Of a stretch of DNA of 64,000 nt, positions 25,459-38,336 are shown piece after piece (the stretch's first letter is position 1; each line of letters starts with the position of its first letter). The notes beneath the pieces were generated by a model. The model searched no databases and was not told the origin of the DNA. It was given only the letters and a program-made list of their open reading frames with translations. Made by a program: the position numbers and the translations under genes. Source of the stretch: Squalus acanthias (Eukaryota); the NCBI GenBank assembly GCA_030390025.1, contig CM059433.1, positions 29,080,001 to 29,144,000 of the forward strand, given 5' to 3'.

Positions 25459-26169
25459 GATGATTTTAGGTTAAAATGACCCAGTCAGTGTCAATCCCAC
25501 AGATGCAGAATGGCCTCTTGGGTGAGATGCGGCAGGGCAGCCACTGCTCATGGAACTGAACTCTCGCATGAGTCCATGTTTACAGAGAAGGGAGAGGTGA
25601 TCAGAAGTCAAGTCAATTTCAAGCATTTTGTTGAATTCCTTTGGTAACAATGACACAGGAATGAGAAAGAACAAGGTTGTTTTTCATCTACCAAGTGCAG
25701 TGCTAAATAAGCCACTGCATTTGTGTTTCGACTTGTGTTTCATTGAGAAGCAAATTGAGGAAACCAATACAATGAGCACATCAAGTGGATATCGCTAGCT
25801 TCACTCAGCAGGTTTCCTGGAAATTATCCTCCCAAGCTAAGAAAGCCAATTGTTTTCTGTTACTTATTTTTTGCCACTGTATTGCTTTGAAAAGCAATAA
25901 ATTTTCAGAAACAAAAATTAACAATGAAGATTCTAACATTATCATAGAGTCAAATTTAATATAGACATATTTCCACTGGAATTAAGTGACATAGCAATAA
26001 CATTTTTATATTTAAATAAAACAATAAAAACATTTTCTCTCCTTCTCGTCTCCTTACACCACCCACAAACCAGACGACAGGTGGACAACCAGCTCCAAGA
26101 CCTCAGCCACTGTTAAGCTCTCTAACTGATCACGAGGAAGTGTTTGAGAGGGTTCTGGGGGGAATCATT

Positions 26170-26665
26170 CACAGAATCATACAGCACAGAATGAGGCCGT
26201 TCGGCCCATCATGCCAGTGCTGGCTCTTTGAAAGAGCTGTCCAATTAGTCCCAGTTCCCCTGCTCTTTCCCTATAGCCCTATTAATTTCTCCTTTTCAAG
26301 TATTTATCCAAGTCCCTTTTGAAAGTTACTATTGAATCTGCTTCCACCAACCTTTAAGGCAATGCATTCCAGATCACAACAACTCACTGCGTAAAAAAAT
26401 GTCTCCTCATCTCACCTCTGGCTTTTTTGCCAATTATCTTAAATCTGTGTCCTCTGATTACCGACCCTTCAGCCAGTGGAAACAGATTCTCCCTATCTAC
26501 TCTATCAGAACCCCTTATAATTTTGAACACCACCATTAAATGTTCCCTTAAACTTCTCTGCTCTACGGAGAACAATCCCAGCTTCTCCATTCGCTCCACA
26601 TGACTGAAGTCCCTCATCCCTGCTACCAGTCTGGTAAATCTCCTCTGCACTCTCTTCAAGGCCGT
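26170..26665 (-). mobile_element. CR1 LINE 3' fragment
   Basis: ORF 26384-26659 (RVQRRFTRLV..RGHRFKIIGK..RRHFFTQ). Confidence 0.85.
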
Positions 26666-26774
26666 GAAATCCTTAATTCTCCTTCCAACTCTCTCTCCAC
26701 CCCGCCAGAGAAGAGGCTATTTGCGCTAAAAAAAGATATATGGATGACAAAAAAGGGTAAAAGACCAATAAAAC

Positions 26775-27375
26775 AACAGCAACCTGCAATTATATAGCCA
26801 CTTTAATGTAGTACAACCTCCCAAGCCGCTTCACAGGAGCGCTGTCAAAACAAAATTTGACACCGAGCCACATAAGGGGATATTAGGACAGGTGACCAAA
26901 AGTGGTCAAAGAGGTGGGTTTTAAAAAGTGTCTTAAAGGAGGTGAGGTGGAGAGGTTTAGGGAGGGAATTCCAGAGCTTAGGCCCTCGGCAGCTAAAGGC
27001 ACACCCGCCAATGATGGAGCGATGAAAATTGGGGATACGCAAGAGGCCAGAATTGGAGGAGCGCAGAGATTTCGGAGGATTGTAGGGTTGGAGGAGGTTA
27101 CAGAGATAGGGCAGGGGCGAGTCCATGGAGGGACTTGAAAACAAGGATGAGAATTTTTAAATCAAGGCGCTGCCGGACCAGGAGCCAAAGTAGATCAGCG
27201 AACACAGGGGTGATGAGTGAACGGGACCTGGTGCGAGTTAGGGCATGAGCAGTAGAGTTTTGGATGAGCTCAAGTTTACGGAAGGTAGCCAAGAGAGCAT
27301 TGGAATAGTTGAGTCTAGAGATAACAAAGGCATGGATGAGGGGTTCAGCAGCAGATATGTTGAGGCAGGGATGGA
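26775..27375 (-). mobile_element. L2 LINE 3' fragment
   Basis: LIHAFVISRLNYSNALL..KLELIQN and AFSCRGPKLWNSLP. Confidence 0.85.
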
Positions 27376-27661
27376 TTGAATTAGGAATCAAAAACAAAAA
27401 TAAATGGAATGAATGGTTATTAGAATTTAAAAAAAGGGAACATTAAACAAATGTTAAAAAGCCAAAAGAAAAAAAAACAAAGCTAAATGGAAACAGGGTG
27501 TTACTGTAATTCAGCTCAATGACTTTCCACTTCCAACTCCAGGGTGGGGTTCCAGCTCACATGAAGGTGAAGGTCTCCCATATCTTACAGGCTTATGAAT
27601 CCCAAGTGAAATATAGCTTGGCCAGGCTCAATCTAGCTCCTAGTGTTAGGTCAGAGTCTTG

Positions 27662-28008
27662 TGTTCAAATCCCTCCATGGCCTCGTCCCATCCCTATCTC
27701 TGTAATCTCCTCCAGCCCTACAACCCCCCGAGATATCTGCACTCTTCCAATTCTGGCCTCTTGCGCATCCCCGATTTTCATCGTTCTATCATTGGCGGCC
27801 GTGCCTTCAGCTGCCGAGGCCCTAAGCTCTGGAATTCCCTCCTTAAACCTCTCCGTCTCTTTCCTCCTTTAAGACGCTCCTTAAAACCTTCCTCTTTCAT
27901 CTGTCCTGTGTGGCTCAGTGTCAAACTTTGTCTGAGGACGCTCCTGTGGAGCGCCTTAGGATGGTTTACTCGTTAAAGGCACTATATAAATGCAAGTTGT
28001 TGTTGTTG
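27662..28008 (+). mobile_element. L2 LINE 3' fragment
   Basis: GGRAFSCRGPKLWNSL with a (TTG)n tail. Confidence 0.85.
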
Positions 28009-29746
28009 TAGCACAGAATGCCTCACGAGGTGGCATAAACCGGCACTCAAGGGGTATTTTTTTCCTGATCTATGTTTATGCCAGGGAGCCTCACCCACAC
28101 AGAGAAGTCATATTAAAGTGTCTGGGTGCGTACTGCCCGTGATTTTTCTTGCATTTTTGATATGCGCTCTCAGCTGGTATGGACCTGCACCAAAAGTATG
28201 AAATCGGAAAATTACCCCTGAAGTCCTGAACGCGTTCAATGGCTGTAAGGCGAGGCCGTAAGGACGGCTTTTGCCGAAACTGGAAATGTACTGATTTTCT
28301 AAGGGCATTGTTCAGGTAGAGCAGGAAACTTCACCCTACATGCAAACAATGCAATAGCTGACTTGGAAAATATGCAGACTTTGCTTGAGAATAAATGAAA
28401 AAATAAAGCTCACTCCCCATTACCAACATTTCTCACCTTGATGAGGATAAACAATTAGAATCATGAAATCTTACAGCACAGCAGGAGACCCTTCAGCCCA
28501 TTGTGTCTGTGCTGGCTCTTTGAAAGAGCTATCCAATTAATCCCACTCACCCTGCTCTTTCCCTATTGACCAAAAAGAATTAGCAAAGGAGAAACAAAAT
28601 GTGACTGCAACATTCCACAGGCTGCACTGTAAATTTGATTATAAATAATTGATTTTTAATAATGCTGGCCGACTGTGACAGATACACTAATAATATCAAA
28701 TATAGGAAAGACTCTGTCCACAACTCAATTTCACTGTAGTACTTGGCAAATAAATCTCCAGCTCAATGCACTCATTGGGAATAAAACCAGCAAGATAATT
28801 TGCTAAATCAATAATACCATATACATTTCCTTATCCTGTAATTCATTACCTGGCAGAATTTACAGGCGCGTATATTTTGTGTTATTATGTGCACGTGTTA
28901 TCTGCTGCCAGGCTTCATGAAAAGTGGAAATGTTCTGCTAATTTGAGATAGGATCGTCGAGGGCAGAAGGAAAGCAAATTGCCCATTTTCTCTCCTTGTA
29001 GTCACCTTGCACCACCCACAAACAAGCTGGCAGGTGGACGGCCGGCTCCAAGACCTCAGCCACTGCTGTTCGCTAACTGACCGCTAAGCCGTGTTTGAGG
29101 GGGCTCTGGGGAAATCATTCATAGACTCATACAGCTCAGAAGGAGGCCATTCGGCCCTTCATGCCTGTGCCGTCGCTTTGAAAGGGCTGTCCAATTAATC
29201 CCATTTCCTTGCTCTTTCCCCATAGTTCTGCAATTATTTTCCTTTTCAAGTATATATCCAATTTCCTTTTGAAAGTTACTTATATTAAGAAGTCTTGCAT
29301 CCGTCTGATGCAGTGCTGTAGTTTTGCAGAATGCCTTCCACTCATCAGATGAGAAGAAACAGAAACCACTGTCCATTCGATCAAGTACCTGACCTCAATG
29401 TGGTAAGCAATGCCCACCAGCAGAGCAGCCGATTCCGCCAGTGGGTTAATCCAACATGAGCGGTGAGTGCACTGAGGCCTCCCAGTCGTGCATTGCAAAC
29501 CCCTATAACAAACCAATGATCCCCCTGACTCACTGAGAGCAATCCCACAGGATCCACTGGTTTCATTTACTGAGGAGTACGGCTTCATAAACACAAACCA
29601 TGCAGCGACAATCAAGAGCAGTTTAGCCATCAAAGATCACGTAGCTCAACTAGATGAAGAGACGTGGGAGGGGGCTCGTGTGGAGAATAAACACCGGCAT
29701 GGACCAGTTGGGCCAAATGGCCTGTTTCTGTGCTGTAGACTCTATG

Positions 29747-30365
29747 GGGGGGATTTTAACCCCAAAAGACGGGTGGGTTTGGGTCGGGAAGATGTAAAAA
29801 TGTTAAAAATCTCAAACCCCAACCCGCCTCGAACCCGCCCACTTCCGGTTTAAAGGGAGGCTGCGTGCCTCACATTTTTTCTGCATTTTAGGTTTAACCC
29901 TGGCCAGCCAGGGTTCCCGGGCCTTGGGAAACCTGGCAGCTAAAGAGAGGCGCCAACTGCTGCATGGAAGAGTTAAGTGCCATTCCAGCACTGCTTGTGG
30001 GCCAAGAGGAGTAGGAATGTTGCCCCCCGCCCCCCCGGCCCTCCAAGCTAACCTGCTCCCTCTCCGCAATCGGACCCCTGCCCCGCCACGATCACCGACC
30101 CCCACCTCCCCCGCTGCGATCCAATCTCCCCCCCCCATTGAACCATGATCTACCCCTGACCCAGCCTTTTCAATCCCTCCCTCCCTCCCCTCCACTCCCT
30201 GGCTGCGGCCTGGTGCCGAAGGCCTACCCGCCCATCAGCCAGCCAACCTTTCAATCTGACTGGCTGCGCTGGGAAATGGCTGGGTTTCCCAAATGCAAAA
30301 TTGCCCCTCCCACCCACCCCCCCCCCACCCCAATCCCTCCCTGACTCCCCATTAACATCGGGGCC
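29747..30365. mobile_element. GC-rich MITE-like element
   Basis: Termini GGGGGGATTTTAAC and ATTAACATCGGGGGCC, with CCCGCC-type subterminal motifs. No clear TSD. Confidence 0.55.
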
Positions 30366-30622
30366 ATACGCAACTCTATGTAAATAGTATAAAAATGGCT
30401 TAGAATCATTTTTCATTTAGCAAGATAAAGAAAAACCTGTTCATTAACCATGCATTATTTTCTAATGGGCCTTTTTCGGCAACTTTGATGAATTGTGCTT
30501 CAGTATCGAGCAGAGCCAAAGACATTGGCCCATAATAAATTGGAAGATTATTTTTAATGAAACTAATCATTAAGTTTTCATTAAGTATAACGGGGATATT
30601 TTCCCCCTCAACTTTCTCCAAG

Positions 30623-31053
30623 GTGTCAGCCATGGCTCAGTGGGTAGCACTCTCACCTCTCAGTCAGGAGTTTGTGGGTTCAAGTCCCACTCCAGAAATT
30701 TGAACACAAACTCTAGGCTGACACTCCTGTGCAGTGCTGAGGGAGTGCTGCATTGTCGAAGGTGCTGCCTTTCGATGAGATAAACCAAGGCCCTCTCAGG
30801 TGGACATAAAAGATCCTGTAGGTACTATTTCGAAGAAGAGTAAATGTGCCCTGGCCAATATTTATTTCTCAACCAACATCACTAAAACAGATTATCTGGT
30901 TATTATCTCATTGCTATTTGTGGGATCTTGCTATGTGCAAATTGGCTGCTGCTTTTCCTACATTACAACAGTGACTGCACTTCAAAAGTACTTAATTGGC
31001 ACTTTGGGATGTCCTGAGGACGTGAAAGGCGCTATATAAATGTAAGACTTTCT
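30623..31053 (+). mobile_element. Near full-length tRNA-derived SINE (SacSINE1/DeuSINE-like)
   Basis: A box TGGCTCAGTGG, B box GGTTCAAGTCC, conserved core, and an L2-like tail AGGCGCTATATAAATG. Confidence 0.85.
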
Positions 31054-31459
31054 GTTGCACTACCTGTTCCAAGTCCTCTGATTTCCTGTAAAGGAGCACC
31101 CATTAGGTGAAAGGCGCTAATGCAAGTTATTGTTGCAAAAACCATGTTAAAGTCTTGTAGAAAAAGGTACAAGTTTACCTCAAAATTATTGAAGAAAATA
31201 GTGCCATTTACTCCCATTCAGAATGGAAGTATGCTCCAAGTAAGAAGTGTAAGACTTGCAGAAATCAGCACAGTATCACCACAACGTGGATTGAGTGGCC
31301 ATCGCCAGTTACGTCATAATTTAATAAGAGGAGAATGCAGCCCAGGACTAGAGGAGATAAGAGGCACGTATAAACAGCACAACTAACTACCTCATACAGC
31401 ACCAGTCGGGGAACTAGGCATGTCAGACGACCAATGCATGAGGAGGCACAGGCTCAGTT

Positions 31460-32362
31460 CTGTCGCACCACCACCTCGCTTAACCCCTCCACTGCCTCTG
31501 CTTCGTCCCGCTGCTTGTCCGACATCCAGTATTGGATGAGCAGAAATTTCCTTCAGTTAAATATTGGAAAGACTGAAGCCACTGTCTTCGCTCCCCGCCA
31601 CAAACTCTGTTCCCTAGCCACCGACTCCATCCCTCCCCCTGGCCACTGTCCGAGGCTGAACCAGAACGGTCGTAAAATTGACGTCCTGCCTGACCTTAAG
31701 CTGAGCTTCCGACTCCATATCTTCTTCATCACCAAGACCGCCTACCTCCACCTTCGGAACATCGCCTGCCTCAGCTCATCTGCTGCTGAAACCATCATCC
31801 ATGCCTTTGTTATCTCTAGACTTGACTATTCCAATGCTCTGGCCGACCTCCCATCTTCCACCCTCCGCAAACTTGAGCTCATCCAAAACTCTGCTGCCCA
31901 TATCCTAACTCACACCAAGTCCCGCTCACCTAACACCCCTGTGCTCGTTGATCTACATTGGCTCCCCCGTCTGGCAACACCTCGATTTTAAAATTCTCAT
32001 CCTTGTTTTCAAATCTCTCCATGGCCTCGCCCCTCCAGCTCTGGAAACTCCTCCAGCCCTACAACCCTGAGATCTCTGCGCTCCTCCAATTCTGGCCTCT
32101 TGTGTATCCCCGATTTTCATTGCCCCATCATTGGCGGCCATTCCTTCAGCTGCCTAGGCCCTAAACTCTGGAATTCCCTCCCTAAACCTCTCTCCTCCCT
32201 TAAGACGCTCCTTAAAACCTACCTTTTTGATCGAGCTTTGGTCACCTGTTCTAATATCTCCTTATGTGGCTTGGTGTCAAATTTTGTTTGATAACGCTCC
32301 TGTGAAGCGCCTTGGGACGTTTTACTATGTTAAAGGCACTATATAAATACAAGTTGTTGTTG
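31460..32362 (+). mobile_element. L2 LINE 3' region
   Basis: ORF 31434-31991 (CLSDIQYWMSRNFLQLNIGKTE..IHAFVISRLDYSNAL) with a (TTG)n tail. Confidence 0.9.
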
Positions 32363-34439
32363 CACACTGCAAATGCACCTCAGGGCTGCTCCTTGGTATG
32401 AATTTTCATTTAAATATTATAAATTTGAGATTTTATTTCTCTCCACCACCTTCAGTAGAGGACCCAGCTGTACACTAGCCATTATCATCTACATCGCTTT
32501 TCACATTCTAAAACATATAAGCATTGTACTGTATGTGCATATTGACCCCAGCCTGTATGGATGTTCGATTAAACCAAAATCCTCAGTCAACACTTAAGAC
32601 GAAAGCCTTGCATAGGTGGAGGTTTACGTTCCATTGAATGCTGTCTTACATTTGCAACTGAATATCTTACCTCAAACCACAGTATTATTTATCGGTCACA
32701 TCACACATACACTCTGTGAAACATGTAATCAAGAAATACTGACAATTTCCAGAACTGTGAATACATGAAGTGTTGTTCTTTGCAGCATTAAAAAACTCTA
32801 GATCATATACACAGTATGCAATATCCAATATCGACCTAACTGATGCATTGTCTAATTTACACACTCCCACATGCATGTCACAAAATCCTGTGTATCGCAG
32901 AATATGCACGCATATTTCACCCTTCCTTTATGCTTTTCCCGTTGAAAATTGTTGCTCATTGGAGCCTACTTCTCTACTGATTGCACTGCGAGTCCGTCAT
33001 TAGTGCATGCTCTCCGTGGAATATTCAATAATTCTGAGATGTGGTAACTGATTAAAAATTAATAGAATGCAACATTTGTGAAACTTCTAAATCATCCATT
33101 TTAGTAGATCCCAAATAGGAAAAAAATTTGCTATTTCAGATGCTGCGATGACTTGCTTCTAACAGTGCAGACGAGCTGCAAGGATATTTCAAAGCATAGC
33201 GGCAGAATGATTAAATATCTCGCAAAATTACACCCTGAAGTATCAGCCTAAATTATGTGCTCAAGTCTGTAGACCCATGATCTTCTAACTCAGAGGCCAG
33301 ACTGACACTGGCCAGACTGACACTTGGCAGTGATTGTGCTTTGGAACAAGGAAGACAATTATAAATTCATCTCACCTAGTCATCCAAGAAGCTTTGTGTC
33401 AACAGTAATAAAAGATAAAATAATCTAGGAGCGAGGCAACAAATTACATGGTTTATAAACACTGTCTGAGCCTAAACCAATTAAAAGCTGATTATATTAA
33501 ATAAACAAAGTAATAATTACTGACAAAGAGCATCAAGCTATAATTCTAAATAGATATTACTGCACTAATCCTCATTGATTGATATTAGTAACTAGTTAAA
33601 TGTATTCTGACATGCAAAGAATAAGGATAAAATAATGCAGGACTGAGGCAACAAATCACATGGCTCATATCTTGCAACAGTTGAATTACTGATGGGAATG
33701 GGAAATAATCTAGACTAAAGATCACAAACTTTGTTGCATTGGGACCATTTTAGAATTTTAGACCAAAACTTGCCCAGTATGTAGAGAAATATCACCATGG
33801 ATTCAAGAACGACCAATTAAAAGGCATTTATATTCTGGGCAGGATCAGGCAAGAACTAGCTATTCTCCACAAATGGGAGTTGTTAAGCCGTGTGTGGTTG
33901 TACTTTGCTTGCCAATTTCATCAATGGTTAGTACCTGAATTTATTTTAAGATGTTTGTATTACCTGTAAGGTGTCTTGCACTACTATGTCACTCATAAGG
34001 TTACTCCAATGAACAAAATTATGACTTGAAAATCTGCATTAGTCTTTTCTTAATATAATAAAAAATCTCAAAGATAAGAACACATGAAGGGCATCATTTG
34101 GCGCATGTAACTCATCCTTCCATAGACACCTAGGGTCCCTTCATCCCAGCATCTAACTGCTTTTTCAATCATTTGAGTTTTTGCCTCCACTATCCTACCT
34201 CACCCAGAAGATCATTCCAGGTCATAACATCTCTGCAGACGAATATCAGCCACAAACTTTCCTTCCCTTTTATTAGTTTATACCCATGATCCTTAGTCTT
34301 GCAGTGGCGGTTTAACCTGAACTATTGCCCCAGATTAACTTTTTCTACTCCATTTACTATCTCATACCTCCATAAGGCCCATCACGTGTCTAATTTTGAA
34401 GCTGAAGAGTTTGCAAAAAAACTTTATCCTCTGATACTA

Positions 34440-34695
34440 GAATTTCATAGAATTTTACAGTGCAGGAACTGGCCATTCGGCCCATCTGGTCTATGCCGGT
34501 GTTTATGCTCCACACGAGCCTCCTCCTACCCGTTCTTCATCTAACTCTGTCAGCATAACCTTCTATTCCTTTCTCCCTCATGTGTTTATCCAACTTCCCC
34601 TTAAATGCATCTGTGCTATTTGCCTCAACTACTCCTTGTGGTAGCGAGTTCCACATTCTCACCACTCTCTGGGCAAAGAGGTTGCTCCTGAATTC
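34440..34695 (-). mobile_element. CR1 LINE 3' fragment
   Basis: Same family as 1-200. Confidence 0.75.
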
Positions 34696-34809
34696 TCATC
34701 TGAACGGTTTCTGAATTATCTCTTAAGATTGAGAAATCAGCTGTGTGCCCTTGCTCTGTACAACCTCTAGGACCTGGGTATTTCCTTCTGCCTCAGTGAC
34801 CTGAACTAA

Positions 34810-35062
34810 ACACCGGGGAGAACTCCCTTGCTCGTCTTCGAAATAGTGCTGTGGGATCTTTTACATCCACCTGAGAGGGCAGACGGTGCCTTGGTTTCAT
34901 GTCTCATATGAAAGACGGCACCTCCGACAGTGCAGCACTCCTTCAGTACTGCACTGAAGTGTCAACCTAGATTTTTGTGATCAAGTTTCTGGAGTGGGAC
35001 TTGAACCTACAACCTTCTGACTCAAAGGCAAGCGTGCTACCACTGAGCGACGGCTGACACCT
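34810..35062 (-). mobile_element. SacSINE1-like SINE, 5' half
   Basis: Reverse complement of the head of the 30623 SINE. Confidence 0.8.
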
Positions 35063-35444
35063 ACCTGTTTTCAATATCAATTGCTCCCCCCAGTAAACAA
35101 TTTTGGCTAACTTGCAGATGATTTATGTAGATTAGAAACATTAGGGTCCCGGCCCCAACACATGGACATTCCACTCAGTACATCTCCCCAGCCTGACATC
35201 ACTCCCCTAATTGGTACTCACTGCTTCTTTACTTTCAGCCACCAAGTATTACCTAAAATATCTACTGCCTTAAGCTTGCGTCAAGATTTACTGAAGGTTT
35301 TCTGGAAGTCTAGGTACAATGTTCACCTGAGATATTACTTCCTCAAAAAAAGTCAAGGACGTTGGTCATGCATCTCTGTCTGCCTCTCTCTCCACTCTTC
35401 ACGTTTTTGGAATTTCATTTTATGATTCCAAGATCTCTGTCTTT

Positions 35445-35811
35445 CAGATAAAGCACCTCAGGATATCATAAAGTGCCTCACAGCCAAGTAAATACTTCTT
35501 AAGTGCAGTCATTGCTGCACCGTAGGCAAATGCGGCAGCTAATTTGCACACAGCAAGGTCCCACAAACAGCAATGAGATAAATGACCAAGATATTGAGAG
35601 AATGCCCCTTCGCTTCTTCAAATAGTGCCATGGAATCTTTTATGTCCACCTAAGAGATGGACAGGTCCTCGGTTAACATCTCATCTGAAAGATGGCACCT
35701 CTGACAATGCAGCAGTCCCGGAGCACCGCACTGGAGTGGGTTTAAGTGGTATTGGAACCCGTAACATTCTAACTCAGAGGCGAGAGTGCTACCACTGAGC
35801 CAGTCTGACAC
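35445..35811 (-). mobile_element. SacSINE1-like SINE
   Basis: Reverse-complement match with internal deletions. Confidence 0.75.
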
Positions 35812-36284
35812 TTGGCAGTGATTGTGCTTTGGAACAAGGAAGACAATCATAAATTCATCTCACCTAGTCATCCAAGAAGCTTTGTGTCAACAGTAATGAA
35901 AGACAAAATAATCTAAGAGCGAGGCAACAAATTACATGGCTTATAAACACTGTCTGAGCCTAAACCAATTAAAAGCTGACAATATTAAATAAACAAAGTA
36001 ATAATTACTGACAAAGAGCATCAAGCTATAATTCTAAATAGATATTACTGCAATAATCATTATTGATTGATATTAGTCACTAGTAAAATGTATTCTGATA
36101 GGCAAAAAATGCTTCCTACAGCATTACAAAAATAAATAAGGACATCCAATGAATTTGGCTGATTTTTCATTTAATTCATTTAAATTTATTCTACCAATCC
36201 CCAAAGCTGTTTGATTGGTAAGCTGAGTCAATGTCATTAAATGTAATCATTTTAAATAAATCTCTGTACATCATATACATTATG

Positions 36285-36765
36285 AATGGAAGGGATACAG
36301 CGCAGATTCACCATAATTATACCAGGGCTTGAAGGGTTAAATTATGAAGACAGGTTGCATAAACTTGGCTTGTACTCCTTGAAGTTTAGACGGTTAGGAG
36401 GGGGGGTGGGCTAATTGAGGTGTTTAAAATGATAAAGGGATTCAATAGGGTCGATACAGAGAAACTATTTCCTCTGGTGGGCGAGTCCAGAACAAGGGGG
36501 CACAATCTTCAAATCAGAGCCAGGTCATTCAGGAGTGAACTCGGGAAGCACTTCGTCCACACAAAGGGTAGTGGAAATCTAGAATTCTCTCCCCAAAAGG
36601 CTGCGGATGCTGGGGGGTCAATTGAAATTTTCAAGACTGAAGATGCTAAAATGTTTGTTAGGTAAGGGTAGCAAGGGATATGGAGCTAAGGTGGGAAAAT
36701 GGAGTTGAGGTTCAGCTCAGCCATGATCAAGGGGCTGAATGGCCTACTCCTGTATCTACGTTACT
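36285..36765 (+). mobile_element. CR1 LINE 3' fragment
   Basis: FKMIKGFNRVDTEKLFPLVGESRTRGHNL. Confidence 0.85.
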
Positions 36766-37067
36766 CTGAATTCATGACAATATATTGTAACCAAAGCAAA
36801 GCTGCAATAAAAAAGGTCTGAGCATATAAATATTATTTGCTGTTGAAGCATCTACTGCCCAGATTTGCATTTCAGATATAATGCACAAGCGACTATTTTT
36901 CTCCTTCCAGAGCTTCCTCTGCTGCACTGCTTCTAAATCTGAAGTGCAGAAGGAAACTCCTGAAACATAAAATACCAAAAATCTTATGGACAAATTAAAT
37001 TTACCACTTAATCTCGTACTGAATACCCCACTAGCTAATACCGTGCTCCGAATAACTGACTTTAGAA

Positions 37068-37487
37068 ATAAAGACTGGCGTTTATAGAGACTTTCACGAC
37101 CTCAGGACGTTCCAAAGCACAATTAAATACACTTCTGAAGTGTAGTCACTGTTGTGATGTAGGAAACGCGGCAGCCAATTTGTGCACTGCACAGTTCCAC
37201 AAGCAACAATCTGACAGTGACTTGCTTGTCTTTTTTTAGTGATGAATACTGGCCAGGCCACCACAGAGAAATCCGCTGCTCTTCTTTGAAATAGCACTGT
37301 GGGACTTTTTACGTTCACCTGAGGGGACAGACGGGGCCTTGGTTTAAAGTCTCCTCTGAAAAACAGCACTTCCAGCAGTGCAGCACTCTGCGAGAGTGTC
37401 AGTGTAGATTTTGTGCTGATGTGGGACTTGAACCCATAACCTTCCTTGATTTAAGAGGCGAGAGTGCTACCCACTGAGCCACAGCCC
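37068..37487 (-). mobile_element. SacSINE1-like SINE
   Basis: Reverse-complement match to 30623-31053. Confidence 0.75.
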
Positions 37488-38336
37488 AGCAGATTTCAGG
37501 CTAGATTGGGAGATGTTCACCCACCTCTGTAAAGCGACCTGAATTCTTCTAATTACTTCAGCCCACTGGCCTGTTTGATCTGTTTATGGAGGTGTTACTG
37601 ATACAGGATACTCAGTGTTAATCTGTTGGATGAATTCATTTAAATCTATATAGGGATGAAGTTCTGGCCAGATCGCACTCCATTCAACCTTCTATATCGG
37701 CTCACACCTGTGATGGAGCTAATTTGTTTTAGAGGGGGCAGAACTTCCATCTCAGAAATGTAGAAAGCGTGTTGGGCTAGGGAAGAATAACTGGCTTGTT
37801 GTTCTCAGATCTCTTTTCAATTAGAAAGTGAACTAGGAATAGCATGCAAATTACTAATGGTAAAATGCAAGCGATCATCAAACTTGTAACTGAGACAGAC
37901 TGAGTCCTTGAGGAGGGAGCTTTAGACATCAGCACCAATTTAAAAAAATAAATAAATGTAAAAAAAAACCTCTGACTAGTTTCATAGAATTACATTGAAG
38001 TTACAGCACCGAAACAGGCCATTTGGCCCATCTGGTCTATGCCGGTGTTTATGCTCCACACGAGCCTCCTCCCACCCCTCTTCATCTAATCCCTATCTGC
38101 ATATCCTTCTATTCCTTTCTCCCTCCTGTGCTTCTCTAGCTTCCCCTTAAATACATCAATGTCATTCGCCTCAACTACTCCTTGCAGTAGCGGGTTCCAC
38201 ATTCTCACCACTCTCTGGGTAAAGAAGTTTCTCTTGAATGCCCTAGTGGATTTATTGGTGACTATCTTATATTTATGGTCCCTAGTTCTGGTCTCCCCCA
38301 CAAGTGGAGACATCTTCTCTATGTCTACCCTATCAA

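Noticed and set aside
25471..25674. LIPVSLLPK, faintly like KHDRBS exon 2
   Set aside because: Flanking residues do not match and there is no donor after PK.
30623..30700. tRNA gene
   Set aside because: The A/B boxes belong to a SINE head that continues into the SINE core. The same applies at 45025, 55245 and 62810.
36772..36959. Good minus-strand acceptor (TTTTATGTTTCAG|GAG) in frame with KHDRBS exon 1
   Set aside because: The peptide (GVSFCTSDLEAV..) does not resemble KHDRBS exon 2 (EIEKFQ..VLIPVKQYPK) and no clear donor follows. At most a cryptic exon.
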